In this document: one piece after another, positions 20,550-29,907 of the stretch | How the letters are laid out: each line of letters starts with the position of its first letter | How positions within the stretch are numbered: position 1 is the stretch's first letter | Virus record (IMG/VR): IMGVR_UViG_3300026484_000333 | Location: 19,932-83,931 of that record | From: a virus | Strand: one strand, 5' to 3' | DNA: 64,000 nucleotides | The notes under the pieces: model-generated | Told to the model about the DNA's origin: nothing | What the model saw: the letters and a program-made list of their open reading frames with translations, nothing else | Database searches by the model: none | Program-made: the position numbers and the translations under genes

Positions 20550-20725
20550 AAAGGAAAACAATAAAAACAAAGGAGAGAAAAATGAATAGATTGATTGAAT
20601 TATGAGCTGGAAGCTCAATTGAAGTTTATACAGAAATAAACTTCAATTGAACGCCCATCTCAGGCGTTCTATATTTAACACCCACATCAGGTGTTATAAA
20701 TTGAACGCCCACATCAGGCGTTCTA
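20550..20725 (-). ncRNA. Putative late structured ncRNA: three 27-nt hairpin repeats, two further hairpins and an anti-RBS tail
   Basis: CCGATATAA motif at 20729-20737 with no ORF behind it; hairpins start at 20649, 20676 and 20703 with compensatory base changes; 14-bp inverted repeat CAATTGAAGTTTAT/ATAAACTTCAATTG. Confidence 0.65.
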
Positions 20726-20741
20726 CTGTTATATCGGAAAA

Positions 20742-21791
20742 TCACACAAGTCTTGTTGAAATATAAACGCCTTTGTATGTTCTTTCACTTAAAGTTGCAT
20801 TAGTAGTAAATAAAGGAAAATGTTTAATACTTACAGTTTCTTTGAAAAATTCACTGAAATAAACTTTTCCATCTGATGTTTCTTGTCTAAATCTAAATTT
20901 TAGTTGATTTACTCTTCCCCATTGTGGATTTGAACTTGAAAAGTCAAGTGATATTTTATTGCTTGTGAATTTACCAATAGGATAATAGGTACTTCTTCTT
21001 GATTTTGACCTTCCTCCGGTATTTCCGTGATTATTAAAGTTGGTAACTTTATCATAGCCCCACATCTCAAGAACTAAATCTTCTGGGAAAGCTTGTCCAA
21101 AAACAAAACCGCCTACTGAAATTGTATTAAAAAATTTCTTGTTTAATTGCATAGTGTCAGTTCCGTTAAACTGCCTATATGTTACCGTCCAATCCGTTGG
21201 GTCATCATTATTCATAACTGCACTTTCTAAATACATACTCTGCTTTGTATTATCCCATAAAGTAGTAGGTATCATAGCATTTCTTGCTTTTACTCTTGTA
21301 CTACCTTCATATCTATCTAATCTTATATTATACATTCCACCGAATTTAATCGGCTCTTTATAAATAATTTTAATTGTTCCTGATGGATAGCCGTTAGGGA
21401 AACTAATATGCTGGGTGTAACCCGCAGGATTTGCAAATTGTATTCCAAATTCCCAATCATCAAACAACGTTTCATTGATATAGATTCTTACTAAATCTTT
21501 ATTTGGAAAAATTAATTGTCTTAACCATAATAAGTTATGGGGTGAAATATTATCTGTATGTGAATACATAATTATTTTTTCTTCTCTTATATTATTGCCT
21601 CCAAACGGAATTAAATATCCATTTGTAATTGCATCGTTTACATTGCTTGAAGCCACTGAATTATCCGCCACAACATAATAACCATAATCACCTGAATCCA
21701 CAATAACCAGCTGATTTAATTCATAATTTTTTAACATAATTGTGTCAGTTGTTTTTAACACAGGTATTTTATAATGTGTGTAAACTGCCAT
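20742..21791 (-). CDS. Virion decoration/fibre-like protein, paralog of the C-terminal half of the upstream gene
   Basis: RIYINETLFDDWEFG vs RVWVNDAEYTDWDFG; SIKHFPLFTT vs SIRTFPIFTT. Confidence 0.55.
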   Translation of the reverse strand: MAVYTHYKIPVLKTTDTIMLKNYELNQLVIVDSGDYGYYVVADNSVASSNVNDAITNGYLIPFGGNNIREEKIIMYSHTDNISPHNLLWLRQLIFPNKDLVRIYINETLFDDWEFGIQFANPAGYTQHISFPNGYPSGTIKIIYKEPIKFGGMYNIRLDRYEGSTRVKARNAMIPTTLWDNTKQSMYLESAVMNNDDPTDWTVTYRQFNGTDTMQLNKKFFNTISVGGFVFGQAFPEDLVLEMWGYDKVTNFNNHGNTGGRSKSRRSTYYPIGKFTSNKISLDFSSSNPQWGRVNQLKFRFRQETSDGKVYFSEFFKETVSIKHFPLFTTNATLSERTYKGVYISTRLV

Positions 21792-21800
21792 TTTTACTCC

Positions 21801-23672
21801 TTATATAAGTTTCATTAATTTGTAGTTTCCTACAAATTTGTTTTCATTATCTTCTGCATCTGTAGTAAATATCGGAAAAGTCCTTATGCTAATAACCGTT
21901 GACAACCATTGACTAAAAAATACATTTCCTTCATCATCTTTTCTGCCTAGCCTAACATAATATAAACCACAATCATATAAACCTGAAATTTTATTTTTTG
22001 TCATTTTTCCAATCGGAACTAAACGTCCTTGTGCTTCTTTATTTTTTGGAATATGCTTACTATTTGGAGATTTAACATCAGACGCTCTCCATAGCTCAAT
22101 CCAATAATTATCAGGTAATACTTCTTCTTTTGGAAATTCAGCTATATAACCAAAATTAGCACTTGCTTTTTCTACGTCTATTGTTATATTTGAATTATCC
22201 ACACGCTTATAGTGGCACATATAACGTCCGAAATCCATATAATTATTTAATAAATCAACAGAATCCAAATAGAATCTATTGCCCTGACTATCGGTGATAA
22301 ATTTGGTAATTAATTTTGACCTTACCATTACATCAGTACTGCCTTCTTTTCTATATAAAACAATTTTATAATCACCTAAAGCAATCGGCTCAACATATTC
22401 AATTTTGATAACATCATCGTCATTTAAACTTGTATTAAATTTCAAATGTGTTGTATAATCGCTGTTTAAACTTTGGACTTGGTCGCCAAAATCCCAATCT
22501 GTATATTCAGCATCATTTACCCAAACTCTAAACAAATTCTTATCTTTATAAACATAGCGTTTTAAGAACAACAAACTTTTACCTGAAATATTACTGCCTT
22601 TTCTATAAATAAAAACACGATTTAAACTGTCGGCAGTAGCATTAAAACTAAAAAGCTCTCCCGTACTAATATCAACACCTATAACATAAGAATTTTCTGG
22701 TTTTTGTTTAGGTGTTTTTCCATAACTATAAAAAATAGGATTATCTTTTTTAAAATCAAATTTATCTTTAGTTACAGACATATAAGCTTCAATTGAGGCA
22801 AAATCATCACCTAATGCTACATCAAATTGTGCTGTATCTCCATAAGCACCGACTGCCAATTGCTTATCACTAAAGTTACCGCCTTTTCCAGCCAAATAGG
22901 TTTGATAAAAACTTGAAGGATACATTGTTAGAAAGACTTGGTCTTTATATGGGTCAGTTGAAGTAGAGGCAGTAAAACTTGCCCCAGCATAATTATCAGA
23001 ATTATTTGTATTTGTTACATTTACTTCAACAATTCCATATACATTTTTACTAATTTGAATTTTTTGAACATCGTTTGCAGTTTGGTCGCTTGGGGTTAAA
23101 GTTTTACCTATTCCTGTATCTGCATCTTCTTTTTGCCAATAGTTCTTTCCATCAATTATATCACACAAATCTTTTGGCGTATATCTTCTAACTTCATTAA
23201 CATCACAAGGGTGGGTTTTTTCTTCATCAGATATTTTATGAATATTAACTCCCAAATAAAACCAATTTGGATTGCCTTCTTCATCGCTTCTTGCTTCATA
23301 CAAACCAGCTTTTTTTCTATTAAATAAAACCCAAGTTCCTGTTGCTTTTTGAACTAACCATTGTTCTCCAAGATGGTCGGCTGGGTCTGGTAAATCAGCA
23401 TAAGTTTCAACTTCGCCTTCCCAACCGTCAAAATTAGAACTGCCTCCTCCTAAATTAACCTCAACCCAATCAACAAGATTATCCTGTAATTGCCAAAATT
23501 TTTGGTCTTCTTGGTTATAAACAACCATTCCCGCTTTTCTTCTCAAATCAGGAATGTTATCACGCTCTTCAGTTGTGGCTACAACACGAAACCCGCCTTC
23601 TAAATGGATATCCTTAATTAAAGGAAAATCCCCATTAGGATAAAATAAACCCGTTATTTTTATACCAGCCAT
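21801..23672 (-). CDS. Head/tail fibre-like structural protein
   Basis: N-terminal GGFRVVATTEERDNIP..RRKAGMVVY and GEVETYADLP modules common in fibre proteins. Confidence 0.6.
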   Translation of the reverse strand: MAGIKITGLFYPNGDFPLIKDIHLEGGFRVVATTEERDNIPDLRRKAGMVVYNQEDQKFWQLQDNLVDWVEVNLGGGSSNFDGWEGEVETYADLPDPADHLGEQWLVQKATGTWVLFNRKKAGLYEARSDEEGNPNWFYLGVNIHKISDEEKTHPCDVNEVRRYTPKDLCDIIDGKNYWQKEDADTGIGKTLTPSDQTANDVQKIQISKNVYGIVEVNVTNTNNSDNYAGASFTASTSTDPYKDQVFLTMYPSSFYQTYLAGKGGNFSDKQLAVGAYGDTAQFDVALGDDFASIEAYMSVTKDKFDFKKDNPIFYSYGKTPKQKPENSYVIGVDISTGELFSFNATADSLNRVFIYRKGSNISGKSLLFLKRYVYKDKNLFRVWVNDAEYTDWDFGDQVQSLNSDYTTHLKFNTSLNDDDVIKIEYVEPIALGDYKIVLYRKEGSTDVMVRSKLITKFITDSQGNRFYLDSVDLLNNYMDFGRYMCHYKRVDNSNITIDVEKASANFGYIAEFPKEEVLPDNYWIELWRASDVKSPNSKHIPKNKEAQGRLVPIGKMTKNKISGLYDCGLYYVRLGRKDDEGNVFFSQWLSTVISIRTFPIFTTDAEDNENKFVGNYKLMKLI

Positions 23673-23743
23673 TATGCTACTCCTTCTAATTCCGCACGTT
23701 CTCTCACATTTCTTCTCTGTGCTAATACTCTTTTATTATTCAT
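23672..23743 (-). CDS. 23-aa basic peptide (not in the ORF track)
   Basis: MNNKRVLAQRRNVRERAELEGVA*; the stop overlaps the next ATG (TAATG); AAGGG upstream. Confidence 0.4.
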   Translation of the reverse strand: MNNKRVLAQRRNVRERAELEGVA

Positions 23744-23753
23744 CACAAACCCT

Positions 23754-24572
23754 TTAAGATAACTCTACACAAGCACTGCCTGTTTGCTTGTAAGTAGTTC
23801 TTAATAATTTATAAGTTATAGTTGCACCATAAGAGTTAGTAACATCAATATCCCCGGCATAAGAAATATCCCAACCAAAACCATTATCACAATCAACTGC
23901 TTGATTTACTTCTCCCCATTCAGTAGGATAAACAATATAATAATACAAACCTTCTCCGTTAGGGTTATCAAAACTATAATGTTCAGCATATCCACTTTTC
24001 AAAGCACTATTTTCAAGATTTTTAACTTCATTTTCCGTTAACGTATCATTCACTGAAGTTCCCCAATAAACTCTTGCCCTCCAATAAACACGAAAATCAC
24101 GGCTAAATGTTTGACCTTTTGTGTTAACTCCGCTAATTCGCCAAGTATAATAGCTGTTAATTCCGTTTGAAGTTTTATCACTGCCTATGTCCAAGTCTTC
24201 TTGTCCGTCATTAGCCAAGTTCTGTCCTAAAACTTGATTGGCATTCACATCTTTAATGCTAATTGAATTTTCCTGTATGTTTTCAGGACGGCTTGTAGTC
24301 CATTTGAGTGTTCTAACTCCTCCGCTTATAACTTGACCTACTTCTAACTGTGTTGCCTGTCCGTCAATATAAAAACTTGTAAAAGCAGGATATTGATAAG
24401 GAAACAAAATCATTTTCAAAACATCACAAGGTTGCATTCCGTTGATGTCAGTTCCAGCTTCCAAACCTCCGTGCGTTTCAGGAACTGCATCTTCAGTTTG
24501 CATAACACAACCGCCAGACCCTCCACCAGCTCCTATGTCAGGATAAATCACAGAAAACTTATTATTTGCCAT
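23754..24572 (-). CDS. Virion structural protein (Ig-like)
   Basis: GGLEAGT..LKMILFPYQYPAF and YYYIVYP motifs common in phage structural proteins; late motif at 24599-24606. Confidence 0.6.
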   Translation of the reverse strand: MANNKFSVIYPDIGAGGGSGGCVMQTEDAVPETHGGLEAGTDINGMQPCDVLKMILFPYQYPAFTSFYIDGQATQLEVGQVISGGVRTLKWTTSRPENIQENSISIKDVNANQVLGQNLANDGQEDLDIGSDKTSNGINSYYTWRISGVNTKGQTFSRDFRVYWRARVYWGTSVNDTLTENEVKNLENSALKSGYAEHYSFDNPNGEGLYYYIVYPTEWGEVNQAVDCDNGFGWDISYAGDIDVTNSYGATITYKLLRTTYKQTGSACVELS

Positions 24573-24610
24573 TTTCTTCCTTTATAAGCATTTATACATA
24601 TATCAGTTAT

Positions 24611-25969
24611 TTATACAACTTGGATTTGTAAATTTTGTAGCTTCCACCAACCGCTTGTCAAATAACGCAAGGCACCAACCGCCAAGTCAAAATGCCCGTC
24701 TTTGTTTCTTTCTATTGTTTTTCCGTTTCCATTTTCTTTCCAATGAGCCAATTTTAATTCTTCAATCAACTGCATACAATTTTCTGATATGAACAATTTT
24801 CCTTTTTGAAATGCCGTATTAATATCACGTATGCTTTCTACTAATTGAATCGGTGCTGGTTGTGTATAATAATTATGGCTATATGCCATATCAGCCATCG
24901 TCAAACTTGCACTCGGGTCACAAAACCTTACAATTTGCATATCAGGATTTTCACAATATCTTTGTTCTATTTCCTTAAAATGTTTTAAATGCCATTCAAT
25001 AGGCATTTGTCCAGCCATATATTCATCTAAAACATAAATATTGCCCGTCATCGGCTCAATCCAAGCTATAACAAAGCTTGTATTATCTCTAAAACCGATA
25101 TCAATTCCTACTGCAAACGTATCTTTTGTTGTCATTTTGTTTTTTAAATCATTAACTCTAAACACATTTTTTTCTAAATCAAAAGCATAAAATACTTGTA
25201 AATCCTCGCTAAATCCGCTCTGGAATTCACATAGATATTCCTGTTCAAAACTTCTTTTATCAAGTTTGGCTTTAATTGCCTCAATCATTTCTTTTGTTAT
25301 CATAGGATTATCATAAACCGTAACTTTTTTACAAAAATAATCATCACGTTCTCCGCACCTTTTCCATAATTTATAAAAATCATTGTCAAAAGTTCTTGGC
25401 GTTCCTATAAAATAAGTTTTGGAAAACATAAATCCGTTTTCATCAGTTCCATAATCGTTTTGTGCAGGTGAAATATAAGTTTCCCAAATTTCAAGAACAT
25501 TATTTATACTTGCAGTTTCATCAAAAATAACCAAACTAAATTTATCACCAAGTGCATTTTCATAATTTTTCTCTGTAACCACACGAAATTTGGCACCATT
25601 TTCTAATGTAAATGTCAAGCCTTTCATATCTTTTGATTTAAAAGGCAACTGTAATTTATTTACATCTTTTTCAACATTACTAAAAATAGCTTGAGCATTT
25701 GCAAAAGTCGGCGTTACTAATAATATACTTGCATTCGGAATTAAAAGTTCTGACAATGCGATTTTTGACATAATTGTAGATTTACCAGCCCTTCTTGACA
25801 TTAAGAAAACACCAACATTAAAATCCGCTTTTTGAATTCTGTCAATTATTTCTTGTTGATATTTTGTAGGTGTAAACTCTAACAATCTTAAAACTTTATT
25901 ATAATCAATTTTTCTTTTTACTTTTTTATAAATTTCAATTTCTTGATTTACAGGTTTAAATTCAGACAT
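24611..25969 (-). CDS. terL: Terminase large subunit
   Basis: Walker A SRRAGKS, Walker B VIFDE, GTP coupling motif, nuclease GIDIGFRD and HFDLA..LRY. Confidence 0.96.
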   Translation of the reverse strand: MSEFKPVNQEIEIYKKVKRKIDYNKVLRLLEFTPTKYQQEIIDRIQKADFNVGVFLMSRRAGKSTIMSKIALSELLIPNASILLVTPTFANAQAIFSNVEKDVNKLQLPFKSKDMKGLTFTLENGAKFRVVTEKNYENALGDKFSLVIFDETASINNVLEIWETYISPAQNDYGTDENGFMFSKTYFIGTPRTFDNDFYKLWKRCGERDDYFCKKVTVYDNPMITKEMIEAIKAKLDKRSFEQEYLCEFQSGFSEDLQVFYAFDLEKNVFRVNDLKNKMTTKDTFAVGIDIGFRDNTSFVIAWIEPMTGNIYVLDEYMAGQMPIEWHLKHFKEIEQRYCENPDMQIVRFCDPSASLTMADMAYSHNYYTQPAPIQLVESIRDINTAFQKGKLFISENCMQLIEELKLAHWKENGNGKTIERNKDGHFDLAVGALRYLTSGWWKLQNLQIQVV

Positions 25970-26054
25970 TAAATTATCCTTTTTAATGAATTGTAATTTT
26001 AAGTTATATCAGATTTGATAGAGGTATAAAAAGAAAGTATAAAAGAATTATAAG

Positions 26055-26211
26055 GAATTTTTGGTTGGATATAAATATAAACTTTAAGGCTCCGGACACT
26101 TTCGGACAATTTACAAAAGTCCGAATTTTCGGTAGTTTTGTCGATTTTAATATAAAGAATTTTTTATAAAATAACTAAAATTTTGTCAAAACTCTTGTAT
26201 AAAATCCTTTA
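26055..26211 (+). repeat. Dispersed ~150-bp intergenic element, copy 2
   Basis: Same conserved blocks as copies 1 and 3; contains TTCGGAC/GTCCGAA inverted repeat. Confidence 0.95.
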
Positions 26212-26216
26212 CGCTA

Positions 26217-26245
26217 TTGACAAAATGTAAAAAATCCTTTATAAT
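26217..26245 (+). promoter_or_regulatory. Sigma70 promoter
   Basis: TTGACA-N17-TATAAT upstream of 26277. Confidence 0.85.
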
Positions 26246-26276
26246 TTCAATATAAATAAAAACAAAGGAGAATAAA

Positions 26277-26924
26277 ATGGCATATTTTGATGGGATTAAA
26301 GTAGGTGATAAAGTTTGGCATTTTGAATATGGATGGGGAACAGTTGTAGAGTTGTTAAAAGCTTCTGATTTAGATGGAAAAAATTTTAATCCTTTAAATG
26401 ATTTTGATTTAATAGAAATTAAATTTGATAATGTTTATTTTGGGTGTGGGTATTTTGATTTGAATGGAGTGGCTTTTTACTCCAATGGTAATCAAACATT
26501 ATTTTGGGGTGAAGTTAAATTTGAAATCCCAAAAAAGCCTAAAATTGAATTAAGAAAAGAAGAATATCTTATAGATGTTGTATACAATAAAATTCATTAT
26601 GATAAAGATTTTAAAATGTTTGATAATTTTAACCATTCTTTAACAAGGAATGATAAAGAAACAGCTGAAAAAGCTTTTAGAACTATTAAAAGATTTACAA
26701 GACTTTTGGCTCTTCGTGACCAAGAATGCCCTAATAGTAAAGGCTATGAATTTAAGCCTAATAAAGAAAATTATTATATTTTTTACAATGAATTAGAGAA
26801 TAAGTATGAATATGATTATGAATGTATTTATAATCATTTAGATGTTTACTTTAATACAGGAGGAGATGCCCAAAAAATTTGTAATATTTTGAATTCAGGA
26901 AAATTTAATTTAGAAGGAAAATAA
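26277..26924 (+). CDS. Hypothetical early protein (SH3-like N-terminus)
   Basis: KVGDKVWHFEYGWGTV; this domain is shared with the N-terminus of 51252-51935. Confidence 0.75.
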   Translation: MAYFDGIKVGDKVWHFEYGWGTVVELLKASDLDGKNFNPLNDFDLIEIKFDNVYFGCGYFDLNGVAFYSNGNQTLFWGEVKFEIPKKPKIELRKEEYLIDVVYNKIHYDKDFKMFDNFNHSLTRNDKETAEKAFRTIKRFTRLLALRDQECPNSKGYEFKPNKENYYIFYNELENKYEYDYECIYNHLDVYFNTGGDAQKICNILNSGKFNLEGK

Positions 26925-26925
26925 A

Positions 26926-27129
26926 ATGGATAAAGAACTCATTTTAGAAAAAATAAAAGATGTGGAAAAGGAATATGAAGATATTAGAAAATTAGTAAAT
27001 TGGGATTTTAATGGATTAACAACAAGTGAATTGAAAGAAATTAAAGAAGCATTCAGCAATACAATAATTGAATTTGAATACCTTAAAGACGTGCTAATTG
27101 AGCAATTAGAATTAGAGTTGGAAGATTAA
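26926..27129 (+). CDS. Hypothetical acidic protein
   Basis: ORF in operon, with RBS. Confidence 0.7.
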   Translation: MDKELILEKIKDVEKEYEDIRKLVNWDFNGLTTSELKEIKEAFSNTIIEFEYLKDVLIEQLELELED

Positions 27130-27140
27130 AAGGAGAAAAA

Positions 27141-27818
27141 ATGACAAGAGAAGAAGCTTTAATGGAAATTTTAAAAAGAAGAGGCGAGGGAGATAAAATA
27201 CATTATTCAGTTGCATATGATGTTATAAATGAAATTTTTGATGATTTAGAAAGCAGAACTTGTAAAAATTGCAAATATAATTTTTGTGGTTGTTCTATTC
27301 AAGATATGATATTGGAGTTTAAAGATAAATACGGAATTGAGCCATTAAATTTTGATGATTTTGGGTGTAATAGATTTGAAAAGAAAAAGAAAGAAATTAA
27401 GAAAAATGAATTTATGATTGTTGAGTTTTTATCTGAAGATACATTTAAAGTATTGTTTGTGTTTGATAAAGAAAAAGCGAAAAAAGAATATAATAAAACA
27501 TTCACTTTAGGTGAATCCTATGAAATAGGCAATGAAGTAACTCTTTCTGGTATAAGAAAAAAATATAATTGGAAAGATGTTCCATACAATGAAAAGCATA
27601 AATTATGGGACGGACAGCCTGTATTTGTTCGTGGAAACGATACTCCATTTTTAAGAGTTGTCAGATTTTACAGTGCAGTAAATAATAGTTTCTTTTATGA
27701 TAATATAGGAAAAAGGAATGTTACTCCTAATTTGATTGATGATGAGTACAGTTGGGAGCCGTATCCGCACTTAAATGACGAATGGGTTATTAAAGCATAT
27801 AGACAACTTAAATTTTAA
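27141..27818 (+). CDS. Hypothetical protein with CxxC motif
   Basis: TCKNCKY; AAGGAG RBS. Confidence 0.7.
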   Translation: MTREEALMEILKRRGEGDKIHYSVAYDVINEIFDDLESRTCKNCKYNFCGCSIQDMILEFKDKYGIEPLNFDDFGCNRFEKKKKEIKKNEFMIVEFLSEDTFKVLFVFDKEKAKKEYNKTFTLGESYEIGNEVTLSGIRKKYNWKDVPYNEKHKLWDGQPVFVRGNDTPFLRVVRFYSAVNNSFFYDNIGKRNVTPNLIDDEYSWEPYPHLNDEWVIKAYRQLKF

Positions 27819-27830
27819 AAAGGAATAAAA

Positions 27831-28052
27831 ATGAAAGATTTAGATAGTTTATGCAATGAAAATTTTGATTACATAGTTAGTTGTAAAAATTGTAAATATA
27901 ATGAGGAATACAAAGCTGGTAAAACTATAAGAATTTGTAAAAAACTTACAAAACATATCCCAAAATACTTCGGAAATGAGGTATTTAAAATAATTGATGA
28001 AGATTGGTTTTGTCCATATTTTGAAAAAAAGGAACAAAATGTTAAAAATTAA
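27831..28052 (+). CDS. Small Zn-binding protein
   Basis: SCKNCKY...C...FCPYF. Confidence 0.65.
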   Translation: MKDLDSLCNENFDYIVSCKNCKYNEEYKAGKTIRICKKLTKHIPKYFGNEVFKIIDEDWFCPYFEKKEQNVKN

Positions 28053-28176
28053 AAAACGTGATTATAATATTTTAAAAATTTATCGTAGGGAAATAAACTG
28101 CCGACCAAAAGTTGTTAAAAATAAAAAGAAATATACAAGAAAAATAAAACACAAAAATCAATCTTTTATGACTTGA
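28039..28176 (+). CDS. Small very basic peptide, ArfA-like C-terminus
   Basis: AAGGA RBS then MLKIKKRDY...RPKVVKNKKKYTRKIKHK. Confidence 0.5.
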   Translation: MLKIKKRDYNILKIYRREINCRPKVVKNKKKYTRKIKHKNQSFMT

Positions 28177-28679
28177 TTTAGAATGTTTACAAAAACATTT
28201 CCTGTTGTTCCTAATTTTTTTCTTTCTTCTTCTTTCATAACATCATCAAGCATTTTGGCAACATCTAAAATATCCTTGTCAGTAGCGTTGGCAAAATCAC
28301 CGCCCTGTTTTTCAATTTGTTCAATTTTATCTTCTAATGTCCGCATAACAACCGAAACTACAACATTTTTGGCGTTTTCTTTTATTTCCTTCATAATTGC
28401 ATTGTAGAAATCTTTAACATAAGGTTTTGATAAAGTTCTGCTAATATATTGATAAGGAAGACCAAGTTCTTTTGCTATTCTTTTATTGCTATATCCACGA
28501 ACTTTCATTTCAACTACATATCTTTCGATTGTAGATAAAGGTTTGTCAAAATCAACATTTGTAAATTCAAGCAGTTCTGTTTTTATTTCTCCTTTAACAT
28601 TAGCATCAGGCAAGTTGGAAACTTCATCTTGGCTAACAACAGGAACTGCTTCAATTTCCTTTATTTTTTCAGACATCAA
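28158..28679 (-). CDS. Probable terminase small subunit
   Basis: HTH (GYSNKRIAKELGLPYQYISRTL) followed by helical oligomerisation region; near terL on the same strand. Confidence 0.65.
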   Translation of the reverse strand: MMSEKIKEIEAVPVVSQDEVSNLPDANVKGEIKTELLEFTNVDFDKPLSTIERYVVEMKVRGYSNKRIAKELGLPYQYISRTLSKPYVKDFYNAIMKEIKENAKNVVVSVVMRTLEDKIEQIEKQGGDFANATDKDILDVAKMLDDVMKEEERKKLGTTGNVFVNILNQVIKD

Positions 28680-28899
28680 TTTTCCTTTTCTCTAATGATT
28701 CAGTAAATTTTAACACCAAATCATTTTTTTCATCTTCATTTATTTCTGCTATTTTATTTTCACATTGCTCACATCTGCTTTTGTTTTCTAATTCATCTAA
28801 ATCATCAACATAAAAAACATTAGAACAAGTACAAATAACTTCATATTTACTAAAATCTTCTAAATAATTGTAGTCCAACATTGGATTTATTTTTTTCAT
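28669..28899 (-). CDS. Small Zn-ribbon protein
   Basis: CTC...CEQC. Confidence 0.6.
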   Translation of the reverse strand: MKKINPMLDYNYLEDFSKYEVICTCSNVFYVDDLDELENKSRCEQCENKIAEINEDEKNDLVLKFTESLEKRKIDV

Positions 28900-28965
28900 T
28901 TTATTTTCCTTGTTGTATAAAATTTAATCAATTTATTATATCAAATTTAATCAATTTGTCAAAAT

Positions 28966-29280
28966 TTATAATTTTGTTTTTACTTTTTTTACAAGTTCAA
29001 CCTCAATTAAATATAAGAAATTTGCTCCTTTGTGTGCCATAATTCCTCCAATAGCACTTGCCCCGTAAATACTGACATTAAGCATATCGTAAGCAAGAAT
29101 AAAACCTATCAAACCTAAAAAACCAGCATATAACAAATCTAATAAATATAACATTATTCTTGTTTTGATAGGTTTGTTTTTTAAGTCGCGTTGAGTAAAA
29201 TTAACTGAAGTTGCCCAAATTATAAAAACTGCCAAAAGCACAAAAGCTTTTAAAGTTATTTCATCCCACTTACTTTTCAT
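28966..29280 (-). CDS. Holin-like 3-TM protein
   Basis: Three hydrophobic segments, GIMAHKG motif and basic C-terminus. Confidence 0.65.
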   Translation of the reverse strand: MKSKWDEITLKAFVLLAVFIIWATSVNFTQRDLKNKPIKTRIMLYLLDLLYAGFLGLIGFILAYDMLNVSIYGASAIGGIMAHKGANFLYLIEVELVKKVKTKL

Positions 29281-29403
29281 TTTTTACCTTTTTATATAAT
29301 ATTACTTATATATCGAAAAATCAAGACTTATAAATTATTGTTCTTGACATAATATAAGGAATATCTTATAATTTTAATATGAACAAAATTAAAAGGGGAA
29401 AAA

Positions 29404-29907
29404 ATGAAAAAACATATAATTGAAAATTTTAAAAAATATAAAGAAACTAACGATATTAGATATTTATTGGAGTGCAAAAAATTAATTTCTGAAGATGGTT
29501 TTATTGTTAAGGTTGAAAATAATGAGGGTTACTGTTCTGGTAGGCTTAAATCATTAAACAATAATAATGCTTTTTATTTTACTCATAGCCAAGAGGAATA
29601 TGTATTAATTCGACTTATAGAAGAATATTTTGAAATTTTTAATCCATTAAAAAATATTGTTTTATTAATCAGAGATAAAGATGCTTTAGAAGAAGCCATA
29701 CAAATTTTTCCTGTTTATTTAAAAGAAGAAGATTTTTCTTATTATATTAATGGGAAGTATCATTTTCCTTTATTAATTTGGGATATAACTTCTAACCATC
29801 TTTATCACCAAGGTTTACCAGATATCTCTTTTGATTGGGATGAATATATCCCTTTAATTAAAAGAGCAATTACTTGGGGAGACTTCAAAAAACAAAATCA
29901 AAGCTGA
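29404..29907 (+). CDS. Hypothetical protein with its own sigma70 promoter (moron)
   Basis: TTGACA-N17-TATAAT at 29344-29372; oriented opposite to the late module. Confidence 0.7.
   Translation: MKKHIIENFKKYKETNDIRYLLECKKLISEDGFIVKVENNEGYCSGRLKSLNNNNAFYFTHSQEEYVLIRLIEEYFEIFNPLKNIVLLIRDKDALEEAIQIFPVYLKEEDFSYYINGKYHFPLLIWDITSNHLYHQGLPDISFDWDEYIPLIKRAITWGDFKKQNQS

Noticed and set aside
20649-20725. Hairpin repeats as a mini-CRISPR array
   Set aside because: Linkers are only about 6 nt, far too short for spacers; kept as a structured RNA instead.
20742-23672. Diversity-generating retroelement behind the paralogous fibre C-termini
   Set aside because: No reverse transcriptase in the window and no near-identical TR/VR pair differing only at adenines; the similarity is at protein level only.
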